A stretch of DNA of 64,000 nucleotides from a virus (taxonomy: Duplodnaviria; Caudoviricetes), in IMG/VR virus record IMGVR_UViG_3300035686_000003, positions 1-64,000 of that record; one strand, written 5' to 3'. The notes under the pieces were generated by a model. That model had not been told where the DNA came from and made no database searches. It saw nothing but the letters and a program-made list of their open reading frames with translations. Numbering within the stretch: the stretch's first letter is position 1; each line of letters begins with the position of its first letter. The position numbers were made by a program, and so were the translations under genes. Below are positions 9,142-18,646 of the stretch, piece after piece.

Positions 9142-9456
9142 ATGGCTAATTTAGCAGCTAATGTCACTCGAATAGGAACCTATATTGGCTCAACTCCATT
9201 TGTTCTGGGTACTAGTGTTTTTGCTGTGGGAACAACTAAAGTTTCCAGCTTCAATGTCTCAGGCTCTCCTGTCTCTTGGAGAAACGGATCTACCTTCAAC
9301 AACTTGTCTGCTGGCGGGAATCAGGATCAATTGACTTCTGGGACAGCTTTCATTGTATTGCCCACGAGCGCAATAACAACTGACGATTCGTTATTCTCTT
9401 TTAATGCTCCCATTGCTTCAGGTGGAAGCACAAATACAAACGCATTTTTATTTTAA
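9142..9456 (+). CDS. Small protein made up mostly of the N-terminal module shared with 5730 and 6782
   Basis: YIGSTPFVLGTSVF...SFNVSGSPVSWRNG resembles YLGKLPLKLG...GFDDQGNAVSWVPG. Confidence 0.6.
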   Translation: MANLAANVTRIGTYIGSTPFVLGTSVFAVGTTKVSSFNVSGSPVSWRNGSTFNNLSAGGNQDQLTSGTAFIVLPTSAITTDDSLFSFNAPIASGGSTNTNAFLF

Positions 9457-9465
9457 TTTAAGATT

Positions 9466-9954
9466 ATGCCAAAAGCAATTAGAACAGTAGACGTGGTAGC
9501 CAATGGAACAACAAGTCAAGTTCCATTAATTGTTGATAGAAATGCAAGCAATGAGGAAGCGATCGCAAGATCTTTGGTGTATGACGGAAATCTGGTCAGC
9601 CTAACCAACCCTTTGCCTATAGCCAGAGTTCCCAGGACACTAGCTGCAACCAATTACGCAACAGCCACTAACGCAAGCGCTATAGTGACCTACGCCGCTG
9701 TAGCTGGACAAAGTAATGTTATTTCAGGAATTGCGTTTTCTTATTCAGGAACTCCTGTTGGCGGTAGCTTAACGATTGCAGATGGTGCAACGACTGTTTT
9801 TTCTATTGATGTCATTTCTGGTGGAGCAGGATTTATTCCTTTCAATCCTCCTGTTCGGGGAACAACAAATACGGCTTTGACCATTACTCTTTCTGGGGGT
9901 GGTGCTGGCGTTGTTGGGAAAGTATCTGTCCTAGGTCGTTGGACAGAGGTATAA
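9466..9954 (+). CDS. Putative virion structural protein (beta-rich)
   Basis: G/T/A/V-rich; located in the coupled operon. Confidence 0.6.
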   Translation: MPKAIRTVDVVANGTTSQVPLIVDRNASNEEAIARSLVYDGNLVSLTNPLPIARVPRTLAATNYATATNASAIVTYAAVAGQSNVISGIAFSYSGTPVGGSLTIADGATTVFSIDVISGGAGFIPFNPPVRGTTNTALTITLSGGGAGVVGKVSVLGRWTEV

Positions 9955-9956
9955 CG

Positions 9957-11870
9957 ATGGGACTTTCAGGACTCTCAGGAAACAGTGGTCTAACACACTC
10001 AAAAATCTTGCCTAGACCTGTCGATGCTGGTGCGACCTATGTTGCTACGTTTCAAGGTGCTGCCACCCACAATTCAATTACCTTTCGAGCAAAGACTAGT
10101 GGGACATCTGTGCGAATTGCCTATAGTGAATTTAGTGATTTTAGAGAGATAAACTATAGTCCAACTGTTGCTCCCACATTAGGGATTGCGAACATTACGA
10201 TTATTGGTTTGAAACCTGATACTATTTATCATTGGAGCTTTGAAGACGATGGCAAGCGCACCAGTATAACAGGAAGATTCAAAACTTATCCTCTACCGCT
10301 AACAATGGCTTCTTTTAAGTTCGTTTCCGGTAGCTGTTCTAGGACAGATTCTGTAAACAGTGCAAATGGAACTGTTTATCAGGCTATGATTGACGAATCT
10401 CCTTTGTTTTTTCAACACTTAGGGGATATGCATTATTACGATATTGGAGTAAACGACATTACACTATATCGTGCAGCTTATGACAAAGTTTTAAGTATGA
10501 GCAATCAAGCTCTGCTGTACAGGTCAGTGCCTACTAATTATATGTGGGACGATCACGATTACGCGAGCGACAATAGTAACACTAATGCTGCCGGGAAGGA
10601 ACCTGCTAGGCTATCTTATCGTGAACGATTTCCTCATTACCCTTTACCTGCTGGCACAGGCAACAATCCTATCTACCATAGTTTCACTGTAGGAAGGGTT
10701 CTATTCATAGTAACAGACACTCGGAGTGAAAAGTCAGATCACAACATTGCTGATAGTACAACAAAAACAGTACTAGGAGCTGTTCAAAAACAATGGTTCA
10801 AAGACACTCTCTTAGCTGCTAAGTCTACTCACAAAGGAATCGTTTGGATTAACTCGCATCCCTTTCTTTCAACAAATACAGCTGATGAAAATTGGGGAGG
10901 ATACCCAACCGAGCAAAAAGAAATTTGTGACTACATTGTCACTAATCAAATCCCTATCTTATGTATTGTAAGCGGGGATGCACACATGATCGCAATTGAC
11001 AATGGAAGTGGCTGTAATTACTCCACTAATGGTTCTGGCAGTATTCCTGTTTTTCATTTTGCTCCTTTAGATCATCCCAATGGTTCAGTAAAAGGAGGAA
11101 CGTATTCACATGGTACATTTCCTTCAGGAGAAGGGCAATATGGTCTGGTAGACATTCAAGACACCACTAATTATTTAAGGCTTATAGGGGCAGGTAAACG
11201 AGTGGGATCAGGTGTACTTACCAAACATACTGTGTATGCTACGAGGTGGGATGCAATAAATGACTGCTATGGATTACCGTCTGTAACCAATAGGGCTTTA
11301 CGTTTTTTTTATAACACGAATACATTTTTCAACACCTTGAAAGATTTCAAAACTAACACAGCGCTAAGCGTAGGATTAAGGCTATCTACGTCTGGAGCTG
11401 GCGTTAATTTTGACACCGGAAGCACCGCTGTACCTTCAGTACTAGCCTCTGGAACTGAAATTTTAGATACTTTCAAAAACAAAATAAATCTTGACTTCAT
11501 AACAGCTGAGTTAACGGATGCTACGAGTACTTTCCTTCTTGACCTCAATGGATTAGATAATACTAAGCGATATCTGATCGAAGTCTCTTGCGATCGCTAC
11601 AATAGCACCTATAACGGGCAGAGGGGTGTTAGGATAACTCTTAACGGGGTTACGGTACTAGAGAACTTAAGCACTACTGGGGTCGTCGTCAATTCTACTA
11701 ATTCAGTGAGTTTCTCTAGCGGCTACAACTCAATTAACGGTTATGTTGCTCGCTGGATCTTTACTCCTACCGCAGGAACAGCTCAAATCGTGTCACAACA
11801 AGACACTAGTTTTCCTAGTACGACTAAGGCGCATCCAGTGAAATTCTTTCGGCTCTCGGAACTCCTATAA
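9957..11870 (+). CDS. phoD: PhoD-like alkaline phosphatase/phosphodiesterase with FN3-like N-domain and C-terminal beta domain
   Basis: GLKPDTIYH..GRFKT, SGSCS, HLGDMHYYD, MWDDHDY, DTRSEK, LGAVQKQWF, SGDAH motifs. Confidence 0.8.
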   Translation: MGLSGLSGNSGLTHSKILPRPVDAGATYVATFQGAATHNSITFRAKTSGTSVRIAYSEFSDFREINYSPTVAPTLGIANITIIGLKPDTIYHWSFEDDGKRTSITGRFKTYPLPLTMASFKFVSGSCSRTDSVNSANGTVYQAMIDESPLFFQHLGDMHYYDIGVNDITLYRAAYDKVLSMSNQALLYRSVPTNYMWDDHDYASDNSNTNAAGKEPARLSYRERFPHYPLPAGTGNNPIYHSFTVGRVLFIVTDTRSEKSDHNIADSTTKTVLGAVQKQWFKDTLLAAKSTHKGIVWINSHPFLSTNTADENWGGYPTEQKEICDYIVTNQIPILCIVSGDAHMIAIDNGSGCNYSTNGSGSIPVFHFAPLDHPNGSVKGGTYSHGTFPSGEGQYGLVDIQDTTNYLRLIGAGKRVGSGVLTKHTVYATRWDAINDCYGLPSVTNRALRFFYNTNTFFNTLKDFKTNTALSVGLRLSTSGAGVNFDTGSTAVPSVLASGTEILDTFKNKINLDFITAELTDATSTFLLDLNGLDNTKRYLIEVSCDRYNSTYNGQRGVRITLNGVTVLENLSTTGVVVNSTNSVSFSSGYNSINGYVARWIFTPTAGTAQIVSQQDTSFPSTTKAHPVKFFRLSELL

Positions 11871-11932
11871 AACTGTGAAACCACAGCCAACCACTGATTA
11901 CAATTAGTCTACGATGATACTTTAGTTTACTT

Positions 11933-12745
11933 ATGCCGCCTAAGCCACACGAATATCGCTATCTTGAGGGATTTGGTGGGGGAAAGACCCCCATGTGTGG
12001 TTGCAAAAGCTACAAGTGTAAAAAATGTAAGCGTCGGTTTTTCAAAGAAGAAATCGACATGACCCATTGCCCCGATTGTGGGCAGGAACGCTACTGTAGC
12101 AACCCCCGTATCAAACACCCAGAAAAAAACGATACCTGGCTACCCTGCTTTGTTCATGGTGGTCATAGTTTAAGAGGAATGGCATCACCTGTAATGAAGA
12201 CTGGTAAATATTCCAAGCACCTCCCTAAGCGTCTTCTAGAGGCTTATGACAAGTCTAGAGAAGATCCTGAAGTTCTATCTCTTAATGATGACATTGGACT
12301 CACTGAAGCAAGGATTTCTGATGTTCTCCAGCGTGTCGATGCCAATGAGTCAGGAGCCATCTGGGATGAGTTGGCGAAGACTGCTCAAGACTTTAAAGCG
12401 GCTAGACGTGCCAATGACACCGAAAGAGTAGGACAACTTCTCGAAGACATCCTGCGTTTAATCTCCAAAGGGAAGGGGGACAGAGAAAACTGGCGAGAGA
12501 TTGGTGACCTCATGGAACGTAAGCGGAAGCTCAGCGAAAGTCAACTTAAGCTGCTAACGACCAAGCAAGAGTTTATCTCTCGTCAGCAGGCAGTGCAATT
12601 CGTTGGTGCGCTCGTGGCGATCGTCAAGGAGAATGTTACTGATCCTGCTGAGAAAAGGAAAATCGCAGCAGGGATACAGACGCTCATGAACCTACCAGAA
12701 GACAGAACTATCGAAAATACTGCTAATCTCAGGAATCTATTCTAA
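11933..12745 (+). CDS. Terminase small subunit-like protein (Zn-finger plus HGG motif)
   Basis: C..HGG.S.G...KTGKYSK motif followed by helical segments, typical of HGGxSTG-type TerS. Confidence 0.55.
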   Translation: MPPKPHEYRYLEGFGGGKTPMCGCKSYKCKKCKRRFFKEEIDMTHCPDCGQERYCSNPRIKHPEKNDTWLPCFVHGGHSLRGMASPVMKTGKYSKHLPKRLLEAYDKSREDPEVLSLNDDIGLTEARISDVLQRVDANESGAIWDELAKTAQDFKAARRANDTERVGQLLEDILRLISKGKGDRENWREIGDLMERKRKLSESQLKLLTTKQEFISRQQAVQFVGALVAIVKENVTDPAEKRKIAAGIQTLMNLPEDRTIENTANLRNLF

Positions 12746-12906
12746 TCTTCGTCATCAGGATAATCAAAGTTATACAGCAGATCAATGTGATCACGCAAAT
12801 GAATCTGAACAAAGTGAACTAGCTTGCCTAACTCTTCTTCTGACAAAGAATTTAGCAATGATAACTGTTCATAGTCAAGACTATCGATGAATTTAGTGTG
12901 ATTCAT
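12742..12906 (-). CDS. Small hypothetical protein (54 aa, below ORF-track cutoff)
   Basis: MNHTKFIDSLDYEQL...; AGGAGA RBS and upstream motif at 12934. Confidence 0.55.
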   Translation of the reverse strand: MNHTKFIDSLDYEQLSLLNSLSEEELGKLVHFVQIHLRDHIDLLYNFDYPDDED

Positions 12907-12967
12907 TACTTTCTCCTACTACTTACACTTGCTGGTAGACGCACCCTGAAGACAGCTGTAGTATGCT

Positions 12968-13246
12968 CTAAAGTTTATTGCATTCATCTATTGGCTTCAC
13001 TTCGTACCAATAAGATATTCTGCGGATACCCGCTTCAAATAAAGCGGCAGAATCAAAATGTGGTAGAGCTTTTCTAAGAACAAAGAAGATATCATCCTGA
13101 ATTATCGAATCCTTTTCCCAAGTTACGCTGTATTGCCCCGAAAGATAAGTAATGCGCCCCACCACATTACCAGTAGACTTTCCCACATCTAGGTCAAGTG
13201 TGTCCAGAATTAAATGAGTTACTTGCTCTCCTGAATTGTGTCCCAT
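12968..13246 (-). CDS. Hypothetical protein
   Basis: AAGGAG RBS. Confidence 0.6.
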   Translation of the reverse strand: MGHNSGEQVTHLILDTLDLDVGKSTGNVVGRITYLSGQYSVTWEKDSIIQDDIFFVLRKALPHFDSAALFEAGIRRISYWYEVKPIDECNKL

Positions 13247-13259
13247 AATCTTGCTCCTT

Positions 13260-13481
13260 CTAACTTCCGCTAGCAGACTTCAGAATTGTCAGAACTTTGA
13301 CGAGTTCCTCTAGGTCAACTATTGCTGTTGTTTGGTTGCTTTTGTAGCTGTCGTCGGTCATCGTGACTTCTACCTTGCCTTCGTCATAAGAGTTGCCGGA
13401 AAGCACGAAGTCAATCTGCGAGATGTAAGTTTCTTTGCTTCGGTCTTCGTAGCAATGAAGCGTTAGTTTGATTTCAGCCAC
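13260..13481 (-). CDS. Hypothetical protein
   Basis: GTG after AAGGAG; the track's poly-Q extension is probably leader. Confidence 0.55.
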   Translation of the reverse strand: MAEIKLTLHCYEDRSKETYISQIDFVLSGNSYDEGKVEVTMTDDSYKSNQTTAIVDLEELVKVLTILKSASGS

Positions 13482-13538
13482 AAAAGCACTCCTTTGTTGT
13501 TGTTGTTGTTGATTGTTGTAGATACACCCTAATGTCAA

Positions 13539-13808
13539 CTATTGTTTGCTGTTACGCATTATAGGATGCGGTTCGACAACCTGCCATTCCGTTCTGTAGA
13601 CGGTCTTTGAAAACTCAGTTTCTTTGTCAACGTACTCAACAGCTAAATGGCTCGCACTAAAGTAGCCGAAAGCTTCAGCAGCATGAATGGCTTGATCGAG
13701 GTCGTCATAGAAGTGACCCTTGTTCTCATCTTTGCTCCACTCACCGACACCGACAAGATACTCGCCACTTCTCCAGCTAACCACGTAGTACCCACGACTT
13801 CTGCTCAT
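13539..13808 (-). CDS. Hypothetical protein
   Basis: GAGGAG RBS plus motif. Confidence 0.6.
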   Translation of the reverse strand: MSRSRGYYVVSWRSGEYLVGVGEWSKDENKGHFYDDLDQAIHAAEAFGYFSASHLAVEYVDKETEFSKTVYRTEWQVVEPHPIMRNSKQ

Positions 13809-14040
13809 TGCTCACATCTCCTCTGTAATCTCAAGTACTCTTCTGCGACACTGTAGTGGATGCACCCTCAAGTTTAGAAGGGAAGGTCTGGTTCATACTT
13901 TAGCAACCAACAAGCGATTCCTGCATTGCAAGCTCTCTCGCAGGCGATCAGATACCTCCTGTCCCACTCATAGGTAGGCGATCGCACCCAGTAGCCGCTA
14001 GACTCGCCATCGTAATACCAAGGGTCAACACTTGCTTGCA

Positions 14041-14295
14041 TTAGTAATCCTCCTCTACATCATCAAAACTCACTTCGTTCGTACCATCGAACCTGTCCAC
14101 ATCAACGCTCACGAACCCAGGACAGTTGCGTCCAACATTTTCTGGCGTAATTTCAGCACCTACTAGCTCCAAATCATCTATGTGACAATGAACTTTCATG
14201 TTCGTTGAGTCGCACTGATAGAAGTCATAAGGATAAGGTAGCCTATTGTGGGCTTCACCGTCAAAGTGGACGCAATCGTAACAACTGTGTGGCAT
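14041..14295 (-). CDS. Cys-rich hypothetical protein
   Basis: CxxC...C...C pattern; coupled to the upstream ORF. Confidence 0.6.
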   Translation of the reverse strand: MPHSCYDCVHFDGEAHNRLPYPYDFYQCDSTNMKVHCHIDDLELVGAEITPENVGRNCPGFVSVDVDRFDGTNEVSFDDVEEDY

Positions 14296-14591
14296 TAGTA
14301 TCTCCCACTATCAATCATTGACTGGATTAGGCGAGCTGAAGCCAATTCTTCATCATCTAGTTCTGCATCAGGGTTGAGTTTCCACACTGCCCACATCAAG
14401 GATTGTTGATGTGATAGGTCGTCAAAGTCGAAATCATTTGCGTCTAGCTCAGCTTTTATCATCTTTAGTAGCTCCAATGAGGCTGCAACCAAGACTCTTG
14501 TAGCCATATCAGTGCTTCCACCAGGACTTTCGCTGACAGTCAACTCTTCCGCCCACATTGCTAGGGTCTTCAGTACTACGTATGGTTTCAT
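14295..14591 (-). CDS. Hypothetical protein
   Basis: AAGGAG RBS plus motif. Confidence 0.6.
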   Translation of the reverse strand: MKPYVVLKTLAMWAEELTVSESPGGSTDMATRVLVAASLELLKMIKAELDANDFDFDDLSHQQSLMWAVWKLNPDAELDDEELASARLIQSMIDSGRY

Positions 14592-14649
14592 TGGTCTACT
14601 CCTTTGTTTTAGTGTTTACGGTAGCTTGCACCCAAATTGTAGTATACCA

Positions 14650-15231
14650 CTAGACATAATACCAGAGTGTGCCCCAATAGTCACCGTTGCCAAAACGAAT
14701 GCGACTGAAGTTTACCCTGCGTCCCTTCCAGTACCAATGGGGGTCATTGGAGTCAAAGAGGTGAAAGCTGTCTTCTGGGAAGAAATATCCCGACTCCATG
14801 AGGTTAGACTCAATTTTCTCAAAAGCTTTATTGATTGTGCCGTGGAACTTCTGCCAGTCCCAGTTGCCATAGCCGTCTTTCGGGAAGACAATGAAGTTGC
14901 TATATGAGACTCCTGGAAGCGGCGGAATTCTGGAAGCTGGTCTATCCTCATACCAAGTTGTAAATAGTTCAATGGTTAACGTTTGTTCTTGTAACCAAGG
15001 AATCTTTGAGGGTTGATAAGTCGTAATAACGCTTCCTGGTGCAACATCAACTGTTCTGTTGTCAAAACCTGACACAGACTCAATCCAAGAGTCAAACTTT
15101 ACCATTTCATTGTTAACGTAACCCAGCTTTCGCAAAGTTGTCAGCTTTATTTCTTGACTTACACTGCCATCTTCATGTGAAGGGAATCTGTGACGCCCCC
15201 AGAAGTTATTGCGAATCTTTTGCTCGAACAT
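14650..15231 (-). CDS. Hypothetical protein
   Basis: GAGGAG RBS plus motif, 193 aa. Confidence 0.65.
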   Translation of the reverse strand: MFEQKIRNNFWGRHRFPSHEDGSVSQEIKLTTLRKLGYVNNEMVKFDSWIESVSGFDNRTVDVAPGSVITTYQPSKIPWLQEQTLTIELFTTWYEDRPASRIPPLPGVSYSNFIVFPKDGYGNWDWQKFHGTINKAFEKIESNLMESGYFFPEDSFHLFDSNDPHWYWKGRRVNFSRIRFGNGDYWGTLWYYV

Positions 15232-15280
15232 TTGTTTACTCCTCTAGAGCTGATATCTTCTGTAGATGCACCCTTGGCTC

Positions 15281-15601
15281 CTAACTATTCATCATCTTCA
15301 ACGTCTTCCGCATACACAACCCGAAGCGATTAGCTTCACGGATTACACGATTGGTATTTGCTTCACCCCAATTCTCTGTAGTGTCAATCTCATCCACAAT
15401 ATCTTGGTAGAAGTTCTCAAACATTAGCAGCAGTGCCTCTACTGTCTCTGGTCGTGCAGTTGGGTAGCAATAGTAGGCTTCCTCCCTCATACAACTTATC
15501 GAAGCTTGCAGGATATTTTCTGGACTTGGCTCGTGATCGCCCAACTTCTGCGCTATTGCTTCGATGGCAGCTTCATGATCTTTGAACATTGAATAAGTCA
15601 T
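15281..15601 (-). CDS. Hypothetical protein
   Basis: AGGAGG RBS before ATG 15601 plus motif. Confidence 0.6.
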   Translation of the reverse strand: MTYSMFKDHEAAIEAIAQKLGDHEPSPENILQASISCMREEAYYCYPTARPETVEALLLMFENFYQDIVDEIDTTENWGEANTNRVIREANRFGLCMRKTLKMMNS

Positions 15602-15626
15602 TGGTTCCTCCTGTGTTTGTTGTAGT

Positions 15627-15884
15627 TTACTCTGGTAGTTCACCCTTGTCAACGAAGTGTTGTAGCAGCGGGATTAGAGCCTCAGCCATGTCACGATTCA
15701 GGTGCATCCGGATGCAAGTGTCGCCTTCAAAGTCTACTCCGACTCCTAATCTCATTGCTGTTTCAGTCATTAACGAACTCTCTGAGATCCAGCAGAGGCT
15801 TCCATTTAAATCCCTGAACTCTCTAGTTTTCGTAGGGTCGTCGTTTGTACGCCTTAGCTCTATCATTGGTAACTCCTTAGTCAT
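15627..15884 (-). CDS. Conserved small phage protein
   Basis: F.D.NG..C.I.ESS...RMHL.R.....LIP.LQ.FV..GEL pattern common in phages. Confidence 0.65.
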   Translation of the reverse strand: MTKELPMIELRRTNDDPTKTREFRDLNGSLCWISESSLMTETAMRLGVGVDFEGDTCIRMHLNRDMAEALIPLLQHFVDKGELPE

Positions 15885-16137
15885 TTACTAACATTAAGAA
15901 AATTGCTGTTTCAAATCCTGGTAACTCTAACCAAACGTGATTCTTCGGCTCACGATGATAGTGTGTGACCTTACACCCATTCCACTCCCACTCGGTATAT
16001 GATCCTAACCAAGAATTAGGGTTCTTCGACTCTTCAACTGTTGGGTTTACATTCTCTAGGTCACGAAAGAATTCGTTATAAGTACAGAGAGACTCGAACT
16101 GACGCTGCGTAATCTCTAATGTTATTTTTGGTTCCAT
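15877..16137 (-). CDS. Hypothetical protein
   Basis: AGGAG RBS; overlapping chain. Confidence 0.55.
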   Translation of the reverse strand: MEPKITLEITQRQFESLCTYNEFFRDLENVNPTVEESKNPNSWLGSYTEWEWNGCKVTHYHREPKNHVWLELPGFETAIFLMLVND

Positions 16138-16153
16138 CGGTAACTCCTGTGTT

Positions 16154-16483
16154 TCAGTGGTGCCTGATTACAATTAGTTCTTTCTCATTCTTCCAGATTA
16201 GCAAAGGGTTTTTGGATTGGTATTGGCAATGTGCGAACACCAATCCATTGATGAGTGGATCGACAACATCAAAACTTTCAAGCGCCTCTAATGCTTCTTC
16301 AAAGGTTGGTGATTTAAGCACTGTTACAACATCAACCCCCTGTTCTTGACATTCTTGAATGCACCCTTCATATCGGGTATGATAGGGAATTTCGTATCGA
16401 AACTTTAGTTCCCCATCACAATTACGCTTTAGGTCTGTCATCTGTCTACTCCTGGAAATTTGTTTACGGTAGTGATCAAACAA
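16154..16483 (-). CDS. Hypothetical protein
   Basis: Part of the coupled chain. Confidence 0.5.
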   Translation of the reverse strand: MFDHYRKQISRSRQMTDLKRNCDGELKFRYEIPYHTRYEGCIQECQEQGVDVVTVLKSPTFEEALEALESFDVVDPLINGLVFAHCQYQSKNPLLIWKNEKELIVIRHH

Positions 16484-16763
16484 TCCAAGCTTTCATCATC
16501 AATGGTTGGCTGTCCGATGTCCAGTTGGGGATAACGATATCAAACGTTTCTGATGATTTATCGTTTTCACCCCATAAGCTGCCATTTTGTGAAAAGTAGG
16601 CAAAACACTGAGTGTCACCCAATTCATGCTCAAACACCACTTCCGACAAATCGTATTCTCGTTGATTCGACTCCCAATCAGTAACCAAAAGTTTATTGTC
16701 GTTCACCCAAAGTAACACCATTGCATCTGGGTGATTAATGTTTGTACTGTGATATCTCGCCAT
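16476..16763 (-). CDS. Hypothetical protein
   Basis: AGGAGG RBS plus motif. Confidence 0.6.
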   Translation of the reverse strand: MARYHSTNINHPDAMVLLWVNDNKLLVTDWESNQREYDLSEVVFEHELGDTQCFAYFSQNGSLWGENDKSSETFDIVIPNWTSDSQPLMMKAWIV

Positions 16764-16818
16764 TGCTTCCTCCTGTTAACCTTTGTAACGGTAGTGCGCC
16801 CTTGAGGGATTTAGTTAG

Positions 16819-17244
16819 TCAATCGCAGATCAACTTTCCTGTTGCAGTGTAACCCTTGACGACTCCCTCCTTGAATCTCAGAAAATATCCTTCTTCAAAG
16901 CAGTGTTCTGCAAATCCCGGATCGCTACCTAATTGATTGATGCTCGCTAACGGAAGTTCTCTGTCGTAATTATCGGTAGCTACTAGAGATAATTCACCAC
17001 TGTTGTCGAACACATGAACTACTGGAGTGCAGTCAACTTCAACTTCTGCCAACTCCACTAGGCTAGTATCATTCTCTCCTCCATGCTTTTTCGCTCGCAT
17101 CAACCTAGCCTCTTGTTCGCCATAGTGGTACAGAAGGTTAAGCAACAGTTCTGCTTGTGTGCAATCGGCTTCTGCTGATAACTTTCGTAGCAACGTGCGA
17201 TCATCTACGCTAGCCAAAAACGTAACCTTGATTTTGTCTGACAT
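16819..17244 (-). CDS. RHH-like DNA-binding protein (paralogue A)
   Basis: KVTFLASVDDRTLLRKLSAEADCTQAELLLNLL..YGE. Confidence 0.6.
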   Translation of the reverse strand: MSDKIKVTFLASVDDRTLLRKLSAEADCTQAELLLNLLYHYGEQEARLMRAKKHGGENDTSLVELAEVEVDCTPVVHVFDNSGELSLVATDNYDRELPLASINQLGSDPGFAEHCFEEGYFLRFKEGVVKGYTATGKLICD

Positions 17245-17261
17245 TGTTGTGTCTCCTAATT

Positions 17262-17687
17262 CTACTTGTCGATTTGTCGAGCAGCAAGTCTAGCTTTCAG
17301 CATCGCAAGGGTTGGCGGTATGTGCTTAAATCCGTAAGCACGAGGGATGTCTGGTTCTGTTTCAAGCTTTACCCACCATGAATTGTTGCCAGTTATATCG
17401 TAAGCCTCCAACTGTGCATCAGCAAATTCAGTTTCATTGAAATAAGCTGAAGCAAACAGTTCATCGCCATCAGTTAGCCAACATAACGATAGCCCATTGG
17501 AGTTGGCGGGGGTAGCATCGACAACGTTCTGTACTTTTCGTGCTTGCACCAAGGCTTCTCCATAGTTCTCGATGAGGAGGCGCATGAATTCGGACTGATT
17601 GGTTCTGGCTCTAGCAGCTAGAATCCGTAGTCGTTCACGATCATCAGCAGTCCCCTTGAAATTGATTGTCACATTGTTTTTGGTCAT
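17262..17687 (-). CDS. RHH-like DNA-binding protein (paralogue B)
   Basis: TINFKGTADDRERLRILAARARTNQSEFMRLLIENYGE. Confidence 0.6.
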   Translation of the reverse strand: MTKNNVTINFKGTADDRERLRILAARARTNQSEFMRLLIENYGEALVQARKVQNVVDATPANSNGLSLCWLTDGDELFASAYFNETEFADAQLEAYDITGNNSWWVKLETEPDIPRAYGFKHIPPTLAMLKARLAARQIDK

Positions 17688-17781
17688 CGCTTTGTTTCTC
17701 CTTGATTCCTGTAAAGATTGTAGCCTACTCACTAAAGAAAGACAACTCATCCTATAAGTAAGAACTTTTGCGATAGAATAA

Positions 17782-17829
17782 AATAACAGCTACCTTGGCT
17801 TACTTCTACAAACTTAGGTAGCTGTTATT
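17782..17829. repeat. 14-bp inverted repeat upstream of the KilA-N gene
   Basis: AATAACAGCTACCT / AGGTAGCTGTTATT. Confidence 0.85.
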
Positions 17830-17849
17830 AACCCTATAAAAGGATCGCT

Positions 17850-18620
17850 ATGACCCATCTTATCAGACAATGGAACGGTAGAACAATTCGCATCCGTCCA
17901 GATCGGTATGTGTCCTTAACCGACATGGCTCAAGCCACAGGCAAGAAATTTAGTCATTGGAACGATACGAACAGCTCAAAGTCTTATCTGTCAGTACTTT
18001 CACACAAAGCCGGAATCCCGGCATCGGAACTAGTCCAAATTCGCAAGGGTGGATTGCCTGAAGAACAAGGTACATGGGGTCACCCTAAAGTTGCTATTCG
18101 CTTTGCTCAATGGTGTAGCGATGATTTTGCGGTACAGGTAGACTCATGGGTAGATGAACTCATCACCACTGGTAGTGTCAGCCTAACACCCACGGCTCAA
18201 GTCCCTTACTTCTACAGGCGGATCGCTACATTCCACGAGAAGACTGGAAGAATCCCCGATGGATACTTTTGCATATTCCTTGAATGTTTGCAACTCGTCA
18301 GCGAACTAGAGCGACATGGGTATCAACTGCCTGACGATGGTGCGATTGATGTTTCCATTGGTTTGTGCTTCTGCGGTTACTTGCGGAAAGAACTTGGCAT
18401 TGAGCCGGATGATGTGTGCAAGAAATATCCCCATCATTATCCGAATTCCCGAAAATCTGTGCCTGCAAACCTGTATCCGTTTGAGTTGTTGCCAGAGTTT
18501 CGCTCTTGGATGCAAAAGCGTTACTACCAACACAACCTACCGAAGTATATCAAGGGGAAGAAAGATCCGCAAGCAATTGAGGCTGTAGGGAAGTTCTTGG
18601 GGTTACTGGAGGGGTGTTAA
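17850..18620 (+). CDS. KilA-N domain DNA-binding protein
   Basis: WNGRTIRIRPDRYVSLTDMAQATGK...QGTWGHPKVAIRFAQWCS..FAVQV. Confidence 0.9.
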   Translation: MTHLIRQWNGRTIRIRPDRYVSLTDMAQATGKKFSHWNDTNSSKSYLSVLSHKAGIPASELVQIRKGGLPEEQGTWGHPKVAIRFAQWCSDDFAVQVDSWVDELITTGSVSLTPTAQVPYFYRRIATFHEKTGRIPDGYFCIFLECLQLVSELERHGYQLPDDGAIDVSIGLCFCGYLRKELGIEPDDVCKKYPHHYPNSRKSVPANLYPFELLPEFRSWMQKRYYQHNLPKYIKGKKDPQAIEAVGKFLGLLEGC

Positions 18621-18646
18621 GGCTAACGATTTGTTAGGGTTGAAAG

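Noticed and set aside
13482-13538. Poly-Gln N-terminus of ORF 13260
   Set aside because: It is the CAA-rich leader plus the motif; the RBS points to GTG 13481
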